A DNA stretch of 64,000 nt, from contig MFPD01000005.1 of assembly GCA_001784115.1 (NCBI GenBank), forward strand, positions 7,074 to 71,073, written 5' to 3'. Below, piece by piece: positions 38,158 through 48,620 of the stretch. The stretch's first letter is position 1. Each line of letters starts with the position of its first letter. Under the pieces are notes generated by a model. That model had not been told where the DNA came from, did not search any database, and was given only the letters and a program-made list of their open reading frames with translations. Source of the DNA: Candidatus Levybacteria bacterium RIFCSPLOWO2_02_FULL_37_18 (GTDB taxonomy: Bacteria; Patescibacteriota; Microgenomatia; Levybacterales; UBA12049). The position numbers and the translations under genes are program-made.

Positions 38158-38529
38158 TTATTTTTCTTTGAGCAAACTTTTGGCTTTACTCACAACGTCT
38201 TGGGGCTCGACCTGGTATTTTAAAATGTAATCGGCAGCGCCTGCGTTAATCGCGCCTTTAATCAACTGGTCCTGGCCAAAATTGGAAAGCATGGAGACGA
38301 CAATTTTTTTGGTATCCGGATCACTTTTTAAGGTTTTTAGCACTTCCGATCCTTCGATGTCAGGCAAAACTTGGTCAAGGAGAATGATGTCCGGTTTTTC
38401 TGATTTGGCTTTGGCCAGGCCTGATTTTCCGTCGTAAGCAACTACTGTCTGAAAGCCGGCGTTTTTTAACGCGGTTTGGAAAACCGTTGCCAGTGCCTGG
38501 TCATCATCGACTAAAAGGATTTTCGCCAT
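38158..38529 (-). CDS. Single-domain response regulator
   Basis: ILLVDDD, LLDQVLPDIEG, GAADYILK; TTGACA-17-TACTTT 6 nt before ATG. Confidence 0.93.
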   Translation of the reverse strand: MAKILLVDDDQALATVFQTALKNAGFQTVVAYDGKSGLAKAKSEKPDIILLDQVLPDIEGSEVLKTLKSDPDTKKIVVSMLSNFGQDQLIKGAINAGAADYILKYQVEPQDVVSKAKSLLKEK

Positions 38530-38598
38530 AAACTTAAAGTATCAGGTAGAAGCAGCATTGTCAATAGGCTGAAAATTGGATTTTAGGCAGTTTATCAG

Positions 38599-39431
38599 TT
38601 ATCTCGTAAAGACTACTGTTTCTTGGGTCTTTTGGGTGGGTATAACGTGTTGTCTTAATTTGGTAATTGCATGTGTATGAATTTGACAAACGCGACTCTC
38701 AGAGACTTCAAATATTCGAGCAATTTCGGCAAATGTAAGACCTAATGTATAATAAAGGGAAAGTGTTAGTTTTTCCCTATGGTTAAAACTTTCCATAGCT
38801 CCTTGCTATAGTTGTTATAACTTCCTGTTTTAAAACATGCTCTTTAGGGCTTATTTCACTGCTTGGCAAGGTATCCTTTAAAGTTTGCTTGTTGTCTCTG
38901 TCATCTTCAAGATGCAGCTGCTTTTCCTAGAGAAATAAAAGAAATGCGGCCATTATTTTCTACAATTTTTAATTGCTCTTGTGATAAGCCGGTTATAGTT
39001 ATACAAGAGAGTTCTTCCATAGTAGGCTGCCTTTCGTTTGCATTCATAAAAAGCGCAACGGCATCTTTTACACTATTAAGTCTTTTTCTGGCATTGCGTG
39101 GAAGATCGTCAAATGCTCTTAGCTGGTCAGCAACAGCTCCACTAATTCTTTTCTGAGCATACGACCCAAATGGAATATCATAACTTCCATCAAAAGAAAT
39201 AGCTGTTTGGACAAGTCCTTCAAAAGCAGCAGCAATAAAATCATCCTGTTCCAATACCCGGTCATCAGGAGACAGACTTTTATGTTTTTGATATGCTTTT
39301 AATCCTAAAAATGCAGCTAAGCGGGTATTTCCGACAATTCGTTGTTCTATTTCCTGGGATAATGTGGCAGGAGAAGGTTCTGGTGATACTTCTGCTCCTT
39401 TTACTGGAATTGCCAATTCCGCTATTGCCAT
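38599..39431 (-). pseudogene. FliA/WhiG (sigma-28-like) RNA polymerase sigma factor, two +1 frameshifts
   Basis: Region 2 (GLVQTAISFD...FGSYAQKRISGAVADQLR.FD.LPR) and region 4 (LYY..GLTFAEIARIFEVSESRVCQIH) in different frames; extra G near 38926 and 38803. Confidence 0.8.
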
Positions 39432-39454
39432 ACAGGGGGAGTATACATTACCAA

Positions 39455-39483
39455 TTTACAATTTACAATTTACAATTTACAAT
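39455..39483 (+). promoter_or_regulatory. Promoter formed by (TTTACAA)n array, upstream of argS
   Basis: TTTACA 39455-39460, 17 bp, TACAAT 39478-39483, ATG at 39490. Confidence 0.55.
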
Positions 39484-39489
39484 GAAAGA

Positions 39490-41385
39490 ATGAAACATGT
39501 TATTCGCAAAGAGATCGAAAGAGTTCTTAAGGACATGGGACTGGTTCGTGTCGAGTTTACGATAGAGCATCCGGGGGAAAGTTCGCATGGAGACTACTCG
39601 TCAAATATAGCGTTGGTTGTGTTTGGTGAATTCGAAGCACGAAACTCGAAAATCGAAACAAATTCAAAAAATATAAAACTCAAAACACCCTTGGAATTAG
39701 CACAGGAAATAGTAAAAAATTTCAAATTTCGGATTTCATCCATTCAACAAGTTCAGGACAAGAATTTCAAATTTATTGACCGGGTGGAAGTGGCGGGGCC
39801 TGGGTTTATAAATTTCTGGTTGACAAAGGAGTATTTGTTTGATTCGATGATTCGAATCATTAAAGCAAAAGAAGAGTTTGGGAAAGGAGGTGGTTTAAAA
39901 AATAAAAAAGTTATGGTTGAATACACAGATCCCAATCCGTTTAAAGAGTTTCATATAGGACACTTATATAGCAACGCGGTTGGAGAGTCATTAAGCAGGC
40001 TTTTTGAAGCACAAGGGGCAGAAGTCAGAAGGGCCAATTATCAAGGAGATGTGGGAATGCACGTTGCAAAATCCCTGTACGGGATTTTGCAACAATTCAG
40101 AATTCACAATTCACAATTCAGAATTGGCGAAGAATTACAGAAACTCGAGAAAGAATCACTCAATGAACGGATTGAGTTTTTGGGGCAGGCGTATGTATTG
40201 GGAGCAAAAGCTTATGAAGAAGACGAAAAGGTCAAGCAAGAGATACATGTCTTAAATAAGCAAATTTACGAACTTGATCCAAAAATTAAAGACATCTATT
40301 TACAAGGAAGACAATGGAGTCTGGATTATTTTGAGACAATTTACAAGCGCTTGGGTACAAAATTTGATGGTTATTATTTTGAAAGTGAAGCAGGAGAAAT
40401 TGGTTTACAACTTGTTTATGAATATCAAAAAAAGGGAGTTTTTGCAGAAAGCGAAGGTGCTGTAATTTTTCCCGGAGAAAAATATAATCTCCATAACAGG
40501 GTGTTTGTAAATTCCTTGGGATTGCCAACGTACGAAGCCAAAGAACTAGGGCTGAATAAAAAAAAGTATGAAGATTATCCTTTTGATGCGTCTGTTATCG
40601 TAACAGGAAATGAAATCAACGAGTATTTTAAAGTGCTTCTTTGCGCGATGGAACAAGTAATCCCCGAAGTTGCCCAAAAAACCAAACATATTGGTCATGG
40701 CATGGTACGTCTTCCACAGGGAAAAATGTCGTCAAGGACTGGCAATGTAATAACAGGCGAGTGGCTTTTGGATGAAGCAAAGCGGAGAATTAGTTCAAAA
40801 TTTTCGGAAATGGCGGACAAGACAGCAGAAATGGTAGCGGTAGGAGCGGTAAAGTATGCGCTTTTAAAATCCGGAATAGGGAGGGATATTGAATTTAGTT
40901 TTGACGAGTCGATAAGTTTGGAAGGAAACTCAGGGTCGTACCTCCAATACACGTACGTGAGGACGCAGAGTGTACTCTCTAAATTTCAAATAAATACCAA
41001 TAACCAAAAAGATTTAAAATTGGAAATTGGAAATTGGAAATTGGAAATTGAAGAAGAAAATATTCTTCGACTATTGTATCGGTTTCCGGAAGTGGTGGAA
41101 GAAGCAAGCGGGCACTTGGCGCCGAATTATATTTGCAGTTACTTGTTTGAGCTGGCTCAGGCCTTTAATCTGTTTTACCAAAAACACAAGATCCTAGATC
41201 AAAACGTCATCCCGAACTTGTTTCGGGATCCCCAACATTCTGATAATGAGATGCTGAATCGAGTTCAGCATGACAAGAATAAGGATGATACAAAAAGGTT
41301 CAGAATACTGCTTACTGCATCAGTGGGGCAGGTATTATACAATGGATTATACATGCTGGGTATTGCGGTTCCGGAGAGAATGTGA
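39490..41385 (+). CDS. argS: Arginine--tRNA ligase with repeat-derived insertions
   Basis: HGDYSSN, GPGFINF, PNPFKEFHIGH, KMSSRTGN, YLQYTYVR, PERM C-terminus. Confidence 0.97.
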   Translation: MKHVIRKEIERVLKDMGLVRVEFTIEHPGESSHGDYSSNIALVVFGEFEARNSKIETNSKNIKLKTPLELAQEIVKNFKFRISSIQQVQDKNFKFIDRVEVAGPGFINFWLTKEYLFDSMIRIIKAKEEFGKGGGLKNKKVMVEYTDPNPFKEFHIGHLYSNAVGESLSRLFEAQGAEVRRANYQGDVGMHVAKSLYGILQQFRIHNSQFRIGEELQKLEKESLNERIEFLGQAYVLGAKAYEEDEKVKQEIHVLNKQIYELDPKIKDIYLQGRQWSLDYFETIYKRLGTKFDGYYFESEAGEIGLQLVYEYQKKGVFAESEGAVIFPGEKYNLHNRVFVNSLGLPTYEAKELGLNKKKYEDYPFDASVIVTGNEINEYFKVLLCAMEQVIPEVAQKTKHIGHGMVRLPQGKMSSRTGNVITGEWLLDEAKRRISSKFSEMADKTAEMVAVGAVKYALLKSGIGRDIEFSFDESISLEGNSGSYLQYTYVRTQSVLSKFQINTNNQKDLKLEIGNWKLEIEEENILRLLYRFPEVVEEASGHLAPNYICSYLFELAQAFNLFYQKHKILDQNVIPNLFRDPQHSDNEMLNRVQHDKNKDDTKRFRILLTASVGQVLYNGLYMLGIAVPERM

Positions 41386-41443
41386 GATAATAACCAAACT
41401 CAAAAGTCAAAGGTCAAAAGTTCAGGTCAAAAGTAAAAAGTAT

Positions 41444-41490
41444 TGTCATGCCGAACTTGTTTCGGGATCCTGAAATAAATTCAGGATGAC
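41444..41490. repeat. REP-like palindrome nested in heptamer array
   Basis: tgtcatgccgaacttgtttcgggatcctgaaataaattcaggatgac. Confidence 0.8.
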
Positions 41491-41538
41491 TTTTCGTCAA
41501 TTTTGCCTTTTGCATTTTGATTTTTGAATTTTATTACC

Positions 41539-42834
41539 ATGCAATACCAGCGGAGTGTTTTTCCCAATGGTCTTCGCGTACTCACCATCCCCATGCCTTC
41601 GTTTGAGAGCGCTACGGTTTTGGTAATGGTGAGAGCTGGCTCTCGGTACGAAACAAGAAGAAATAACGGCATTTCCCATTTTTTAGAGCACATGGCGTTT
41701 AAAGGGACCTCAAGGCGGCCTTCTGCTTTGGAAATTTCTTCTTTAGTCGACGGAATCGGCGGAGAAGTAAATGCATTCACCGGCAAAGAAACCACGGGCT
41801 ATTACATAAAATCCCAGGCAACACATATTGATTTGTCTTTGGATATTTTGTCAGACATGCTGCAGAATTCCTTGTTTAAGACCGAAGAAATTGACAAAGA
41901 GCGGGGAGTAATTTTGGAAGAAATAAATTTATACGAAGATACGCCGGCTCGAAAAATCGGCGACGTGTATGAAAAACTTTTGTACCAAGATACGCCAATG
42001 GGTTGGGATATTGCCGGAGAAAAAGACGTGATTAAAAGCATTACCCGGGAAGATTTTGTACAGTACATGGAGAGTTTGTACAGCGCGGATAACATTACTG
42101 TTGTTGTTGCGGGCGGAGTTGACAGCAAAAAAGCAGAAGAGTTAGTGGAAAAATACTTCGGGAAAATGCATGCTTTTGACATACAAAGTTATATAAAAGT
42201 ACTAGAAAAACAAGACAAGCCCGAGGTTTTGATTAAGCATAAAAAAACAGAGCAGGTACACATTGCTTTGGGTGTGAGGACTGTTTCGATAAATCATCAT
42301 CACAAGTATCCGCTCTTAGTTCTTTCAGCTATTTTAGGTGGGGGAATGAGCAGCAGGTTGTTTTGTGAAGTCAGGGAAAAAAGAGGACTGGCCTATTATG
42401 TTCGTTCGAGTTCGGATCATTATCAAGACTGCGGAAGCTTAGTAACGACAGCAGGAGTTGATGCCAAACGGGTCGAGCAGGCGATAGAAGTAGTCGTTCA
42501 AGAGTACAATAAAATCTCAAATCAACAAATCAACAAATCAACAAATCAACAAATTTCAAAGGAAGAATTGAAGAAAGCCAAGGAGTATTTGAAGGGGCAT
42601 ATGGTGTTAGAGCTCGAAGACAGCAGGTCGGTGGCTGGATTTTTTGCTTCGCAGGAGTTACTCGAAGAAGGAATTAAAGCACCGGAGGATATATTGCACG
42701 CCATAGACAGAATTACCTTAGAAGACATAAAGCTGGTAGCAAAGACGTATCTTGTTGCGGAAAAACTGAATCTGGCGGTGATTGGTGATTTTGAGGACAA
42801 GGATCGGTTCGAATCCCTCTTGCAATTACAATGA
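41539..42834 (+). CDS. M16 family zinc peptidase
   Basis: GISHFLEHMAFKGT (HxxEH), VNAFTGKE, SSRLF.EVREKRGLAY. Confidence 0.95.
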   Translation: MQYQRSVFPNGLRVLTIPMPSFESATVLVMVRAGSRYETRRNNGISHFLEHMAFKGTSRRPSALEISSLVDGIGGEVNAFTGKETTGYYIKSQATHIDLSLDILSDMLQNSLFKTEEIDKERGVILEEINLYEDTPARKIGDVYEKLLYQDTPMGWDIAGEKDVIKSITREDFVQYMESLYSADNITVVVAGGVDSKKAEELVEKYFGKMHAFDIQSYIKVLEKQDKPEVLIKHKKTEQVHIALGVRTVSINHHHKYPLLVLSAILGGGMSSRLFCEVREKRGLAYYVRSSSDHYQDCGSLVTTAGVDAKRVEQAIEVVVQEYNKISNQQINKSTNQQISKEELKKAKEYLKGHMVLELEDSRSVAGFFASQELLEEGIKAPEDILHAIDRITLEDIKLVAKTYLVAEKLNLAVIGDFEDKDRFESLLQLQ

Positions 42835-42855
42835 TTATAAATGTTATAATATCAA

Positions 42856-42903
42856 TGTCATCCTGAATTTATTTCTGGATGCCGAAACAAGTTCGGCATG
42901 ACA
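42856..42903. repeat. REP-like palindrome upstream of ndk
   Basis: tgtcatcctgaatttatttctggatgccgaaacaagttcggcatgaca. Confidence 0.8.
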
Positions 42904-42913
42904 AGGAGAACAT

Positions 42914-43378
42914 ATGGAAAGAAGCGTAATACTAGTCAAGCCGGACGGAGTGCAAAGGGGATTGATTGGCGAGATTATTCGTCGATTCGAAAGAAAAGGT
43001 CTCCGACTGGCCGGCTTAAAAATGATTAGTCTTGATGATGCGCTTTTGGATGAATGGTACGCGCATCACAAAGATAAGCCATTTTTTGGGAAGTTAAAGG
43101 CGTACATGAAATCATATCCGGTTGTGGCAATGCTTTTAGAAGGGTTGGATGTTGTTGTAACGATTCGAAAAATGATTGGAATTACAAAAGCCAGAGAAGC
43201 AGAACCGGGGACAATACGAGGTGATTTTGCCATGAGCCAGCAATACAATTTAATTCACGCCTCGGAAAATGCTGAAATTGCCAAACGGGAAGAGGAATTA
43301 CTGTTTGACAAACGTGAAATTTTTGAATGGAAAAAGCTTGATTACGATCACATTTACCTCGAAGACGAGCGATTATAG
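42914..43378 (+). CDS. ndk: Nucleoside diphosphate kinase
   Basis: VKPDGVQRGLIGEII.RFE, PGTIRGDFA, NLIHAS. Confidence 0.97.
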   Translation: MERSVILVKPDGVQRGLIGEIIRRFERKGLRLAGLKMISLDDALLDEWYAHHKDKPFFGKLKAYMKSYPVVAMLLEGLDVVVTIRKMIGITKAREAEPGTIRGDFAMSQQYNLIHASENAEIAKREEELLFDKREIFEWKKLDYDHIYLEDERL

Positions 43379-43429
43379 AAAGTAGTTTACCTCTTGACAA
43401 ATCCCATACTTAATATTAATATTAGGAAT

Positions 43430-44593
43430 ATGATCCCAAGATTAATTGAAGATTTAGTATTATCAAGCTTAAAATCATCCGGGAAAGTGATTCTCGTGCT
43501 TGGGGCAAGACAGGTAGGAAAAACCACTTTAGTCAAAGACATTGGCAAAAAATTAGAAGAAGAGGGAAGCAGGGTAGTATATCTTAATTGTGACTTATCT
43601 GAGGATATATCAGCCATTAATACCATCTCAAAGACTATTTTAGAAAGGTTATTGGCACATACAGATATTATTCTTATTGATGAGGCACAAAGGTTAGATA
43701 ATCCTGGACTTACATTAAAAATTATTTACGATAACTTCAAACAGGTTAAGGTTCTGGCTACAGGTTCGTCTAGTTTTGACCTGAAAAACAAACTTAGTGA
43801 TCCTTTGACCGGACGTTACCTTGATTTTACACTTCATCCTTTGTCGTTTACTGAGATTTTAGGTGAGCAGGCCCAGACAAACGAAGCAATCTTAAAGGGT
43901 AAAGCAGATGCACTTTTGTCTCAAGCCATGCTTTATGGGCTATACCCGGAAGTTTATTTAGAAAACAGACCGGAGCAGAAACAGGTCTTACTTGAGCGAA
44001 TAGTAGAAAGCTATCTATATAGAGATATTTTAACTTTTGGGCGGATTAAAAATTCCCAGGCAATAAAAGACTTAGCTAAGGCGCTGGCTTATCAAATTGG
44101 CTCAGAAGTTAACGAAAATGAGCTTTCCAACAGGCTAAAAATTGACAGGAAAACAGTTGTTTCATATCTTGATATTTTGGAAAAATCTTATGTAATAGTT
44201 GGTGTTCACCCTTATTCGAAAAACCCCAGAAGGGAGATTGGCAGCCAGTATAAAGTATACTTTGTTGATTTGGGAATTAGAAATGCTTTAATTGGCGACT
44301 TTAATCCAATTAATCTAAGAGCTGATGCCGGATTTTTATGGGAGAATTTTCTTTTTATTGAGAGACGGAAAAAGTTTGCCAATGCCTCAAAAAGTATTAC
44401 TTCTAACTTTTGGAGAAGCTATTCAGGTGCTGAGGTGGATTATATAGAGAAAACTACTAATGAGAAACTTAGGGCGTTTGAATTTAAATACGGTAGAACC
44501 TCTTTAAGCAGAGGTGCACACTCTTTTACGAACGATTATGGAATAACAGTAGAGCTGATTAACCACGGAAACTATGTGGGATTTATCTGTTGA
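43430..44593 (+). CDS. AAA_14 ATPase with DUF4143 domain
   Basis: GARQVGKTT, LIDEAQ, TGSSS, LTGR, K.YF.DLGIRN, EVDYIE...FEFK. Confidence 0.9.
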   Translation: MIPRLIEDLVLSSLKSSGKVILVLGARQVGKTTLVKDIGKKLEEEGSRVVYLNCDLSEDISAINTISKTILERLLAHTDIILIDEAQRLDNPGLTLKIIYDNFKQVKVLATGSSSFDLKNKLSDPLTGRYLDFTLHPLSFTEILGEQAQTNEAILKGKADALLSQAMLYGLYPEVYLENRPEQKQVLLERIVESYLYRDILTFGRIKNSQAIKDLAKALAYQIGSEVNENELSNRLKIDRKTVVSYLDILEKSYVIVGVHPYSKNPRREIGSQYKVYFVDLGIRNALIGDFNPINLRADAGFLWENFLFIERRKKFANASKSITSNFWRSYSGAEVDYIEKTTNEKLRAFEFKYGRTSLSRGAHSFTNDYGITVELINHGNYVGFIC

Positions 44594-44838
44594 TGTTATC
44601 TGTCGAGCTTTACGTAAAAGTTAGAACTTCCTTTTTACGTTAATATGGTAGTCGGCGTCTGTGGACGCCTCCTGATCTTCCTATCGCTCGGCCTTCGGCC
44701 TCGCTCTATGTATTTTTTGCGCGCGTTTTCCCGTTGGGACGGGATACGATTTTGATTATAGCAGATTCCGTATCAACCCACCCTCCCGACAAAAGGAAGC
44801 GGCACCCCCGCTTTTGGGCGAGAGGTCGCCACTAGGGC

Positions 44839-46284
44839 CTTTTCATTACCCATAAGTTTGTAATTTAGGCTCAAGTATGTATATACTGAAAGTGTATGAA
44901 TACAACTGCTCTGTTCCCTGTTGATCTGGGTGACAAAAGACTGGACAACCGGTGTAACAAGCTGATTGAACAATTAATGGCCAAACCTTCCTCTAGTATT
45001 CCTCAAGCCTGTATGAGCTGGAAAGATACCAAAGCAGCTTACCGGTTCTTTGCCAATGACGAGATTGATCCTGAGGATATTTTTGAGGCTCACTACAAAG
45101 AAACGGTGAGAAGAATACAAAAGACTGATGGAGTCATCCTTGTTCCGCAGGATACCACAGATTTAAGTTATACCACACACAAGAAAACCACAGGACTTGG
45201 TAGCATGGGTAGCTTTAAAAACTTGTATGGTATGCATGTCCATTCTGCACTGGCTGCAACAGAGGCTGGTATACCCCTGGGACTTTTGTCCCAGTACCGC
45301 TGTGCCCGTGATCCAAAACAGTTTGGGAAGAAAACCAAAGACAGAAACAAAACCTACATGCTTCCCATTGAGCAGAAGGAAAGCATTAAATGGATTAAAA
45401 CCGTTGAAGCAGTTGAACAGGCCATACCAGAGGGTAAAACCGTAGTTGTCATTGGGGATCGGGAATCAGATATCTACCCACTGTTTGCTCACAAAAGAAA
45501 GGAAAATGTTCACCTGCTTGTCCGTGCCTCATCCAATCGTGGGGTGGACAGTGAGGAAGGGAAGTTGTTTGCAACAATGGAGGCATTACCAAAGAAAGGA
45601 ACCATCGCCATCCAGCTTTCTAAAACACCTGTGCGTAAACCAAGACAAGCAACCCTGACCATCAAATACACGGAGGTTACACTGAAGTCCCCAAACGTAG
45701 GCAAAGGACGGGCAAAAGGCAGAGTTTCTCTTTTCTGTGTATCCAGGCCAAAGAGGAACACCCACCAAAAGGAGAACAGGCTGTTTCCTGGACCCTTTTG
45801 ACAACATACCCTGTCCACAGTTTTGCTGATGCAGTCGTCATCACCACCTGGTATACCAGAAGATGGCTGATTGAAAGATTCCACTTTGCCTTAAAAAGTG
45901 GCTGCAAGATTGAAGAATTACAACTCCACGAGAGAACAAGACTGGAGCGTGCGTTGGCTCTGTACTCAGTCGTTGCCTGGCAACTGCTTTGGATGACCTA
46001 TGAGGCCAGAGAACATTCCACTGATCCTTGTACCAAAATTCTCTCCACCCATGAATGGCAGGCTCTAGTGAGCATGAGTGAAGGCAGAAAAACCAGAAGA
46101 ACCAAACCACCCACCATGCAGGAAGCAGTTCACCTGATTGCTAAACTGGGAGGCTTCTTGGGAAGAAAAGGAGACAAAGAACCTGGAGTTAAAACCCTTT
46201 GGGTAGGTCTTTCGCAGACTGTCAGATATTGCTGCCACCTGGCAATTACTGCTTCGTGTTGATGAAGATGTGGGTAAGGGATAG
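44839..46284 (+). mobile_element. IS4-family (IS50/Tn5-like) insertion sequence, frameshifted transposase
   Basis: LGDKRLDNR, QDTT, GDRESD, YTRRWLIERFH..LKSGC, LGGFLGRKGD.EPG; imperfect TIRs CTTTTCATTACCCATA / CTATCCCTTACCCACA; frameshifts near 45730 and 46210. Confidence 0.88.
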
Positions 46285-46685
46285 GCCTTGGGGAAGCCTC
46301 GCCAATGTTTTCTCATTTTTATTAAATACAGTATCTTACGAGCTTTTAATCTAATTTAGTTTCGCTGCGCCGTCGGCGGGGTGGATCCGCTGTTCGCCCC
46401 CGCCTTTATTATTTTACCCCTTCCTGTTCATGAAGCTTCGGTCGCATCGGCGACCTTGTGGTAACTCGGTTGGCTCGCCCCGTTTTCTTTTAAATAAAAA
46501 ATGATTTCTCACGGGGCTCGCTTTTGTCGGGCTACCTATCCAAAATATATCTTAAGTTAAAGTTTCCCTGACGGTAGCCCTCCTTTTAGCAGAGACTCCA
46601 TGATGGAGCGGGGGCGGCGGACCGCCACCAAAACCAATCGGCCGAAATGGGATAAATTGGCCGACTTTGTGTTAGACTTAGACAT

Positions 46686-47513
46686 ATGGTCGATACCAAA
46701 ATTGCCATTTTTAAGGGTAAAGAGATTAGAAAAACTATTTATAACAATGAGTGGTGGTTTTCGGTTATTGATGTAGTAAAAGTATTAACAGGCACTGATA
46801 GACAGAGGAAATATTGGAATGACTTAAAAGTTAAGCTTGTTAAAGAGGGTTACGTTGAGTTGTCCGAAAAAATCGGACAACTGAAATTAGAATCGTCTGA
46901 TGGGAAAAAATACTTAACAGATTGTGCAAGCACTGAAACAATATTTCGTATCATTCAAGCAATTCCTTCTCCAAAAGCAGAACCCCTTAAAAGGTGGCTT
47001 GCCAGAATTGGGTATGAAAGGATACGAGAAATTGAAGATCCAGAACTTGCAACAAAAAGAACCAGAGCTTTGTATAAAGCAAAAGGTTATCCCGATGACT
47101 GGGTAGAAAAACGAATGAGAGGTATCGCCATCCGTGAGGAGCTTACCGACGAGTGGGATAAACGAGGAGCTAAGATGCAAAAAGATTATGAAATTCTGAC
47201 AGCTGAGATTTCCAAAGCAACTTTTGGTGTTACTCCAAGCCAGTACAAAAAGTTAAAAAGTCTAAAGCGCGAAAACCTGCGTGATCACATGGATGATTTC
47301 GAACTCATTTTTACCATGCTTGGGGAAAGGGCCACTACTGAAATTCATCGCAACGAGAATTCAAAAGGAGTTCCGAAGCTAAGAAGTGATGCAAAAGCCG
47401 GCGGTGATATTGCCGGAGGAGCAAGAAAAAAACTTGAGAAACGGCTTAAAAGATCAATTGTCTCAAGAGAAAACTACCTACCTAAAAAAAGAAAGGTCAA
47501 ACAACTGACATGA
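46686..47513 (+). CDS. BRO-N domain protein (phage antirepressor-like)
   Basis: WWFSVIDVV..LT...RKYWNDLK, IPSPKAEP.K.WLA, ENLRDHM. Confidence 0.9.
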   Translation: MVDTKIAIFKGKEIRKTIYNNEWWFSVIDVVKVLTGTDRQRKYWNDLKVKLVKEGYVELSEKIGQLKLESSDGKKYLTDCASTETIFRIIQAIPSPKAEPLKRWLARIGYERIREIEDPELATKRTRALYKAKGYPDDWVEKRMRGIAIREELTDEWDKRGAKMQKDYEILTAEISKATFGVTPSQYKKLKSLKRENLRDHMDDFELIFTMLGERATTEIHRNENSKGVPKLRSDAKAGGDIAGGARKKLEKRLKRSIVSRENYLPKKRKVKQLT

Positions 47514-47581
47514 TGTCTGATATCATTGCTGATAAAGAATGGAGAGCATCGTTGTTGGCAGGATACGTGGTACAGATTGGT

Positions 47582-47803
47582 TTATATAGATTTAAATAGT
47601 TCTGACAGAGATACTTTTAGGATTTGAGCAATCTTAATAAGTTTTTTCAGAGTAGGATTTTTCTCCCCTCTTTCTACAAATCCCATATAGCTTCTGTCGA
47701 CTCCAACTTTAAATGCTAAGTCTTCTTGTGTCATTTCGTTTTCTTTTCGTAACTCCTTAATTCTTTGCCCCAATCTTTTGTGAGTAGCTGATAAAGACTC
47801 CAT
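47582..47803 (-). CDS. XRE-family HTH regulator
   Basis: LGQRIKELRKE..MTQEDLA....DRSYMG.VERGE.NPTL. Confidence 0.92.
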   Translation of the reverse strand: MESLSATHKRLGQRIKELRKENEMTQEDLAFKVGVDRSYMGFVERGEKNPTLKKLIKIAQILKVSLSELFKSI

Positions 47804-47914
47804 ATGCTACCCAAGATTAAGTCAAAAGGGACTATCAGACCAGCTTCTGCTTGTAGCTTTATTATTAAATTTTTTGATATATTGGGACTATAGGTAGCGT
47901 AAAAGTGCATCTTT

Positions 47915-48620
47915 ATGACGGCTATTTTTGATGTTTCATTTTGGCTATATTTCCTTTTTTTTCTTTATTGCTATTTTTTTAGCCTTCTTTGTTCCAGGAG
48001 ATCTTGCTTTAAGAAGATTACAACTTTCCTCTTTTCAGAGATTCGTTTTAGGAACAATTTTAGGTATGGTTCTATGGGGCTGGCAAGGTTTTATATTTGG
48101 TTATCTTGGGTTAAGATGGTTATCGTACCCATATCTCTTGATAGCTTTTACTTTTTGGGTAAAAACCTATATTAAGGGTAATAGAATTAATCCATTTGAA
48201 AAACTCAGAAGTAGAAAAATAAATTTATTATTGCTTGCTCTCATTCTGACTGGTAGTTTAATACAACTTACCAGGGTTTGGTTTACTGGCACTCTTTATT
48301 CTAATGGGCTTTATTTTTGCTGTGGCAACACAAGCGATAGTCTTTTTCATATAGCGTTAACAAATCAAATAGTAAAAACATTTCCCCCTTTTCAGCCTGG
48401 TATGTTTGGCGTTATAGTTCATAATTATCATTATTGGAGCAATCTTGTTATTGCAGAACTTATAAGAGTTTTTCACTTGCCCTTAATAGCTACTCAATAC
48501 CAGTATTCAACCTTACTTATATCAACATTTTTGGGTCTTTCAGCTCTTGTATTCGGTCAAGTAATCAAGCTTGGTAAATCTTTTGTTTTGTGGCTGATGA
48601 TTTTCTTCAAGCTTTTCTGA
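47915..48620 (+). pseudogene. Truncated multi-pass membrane (GT-C-like) protein
   Basis: Frameshift in T-run near 47955; D.LFHIAL...FPP..P...YHYW motif; cut off by IS fragment. Confidence 0.6.

Noticed and set aside
39364-39489. N-terminal extension of argS
   Set aside because: Overlaps the divergent sigma gene and the heptamer promoter; the likely start is 39490
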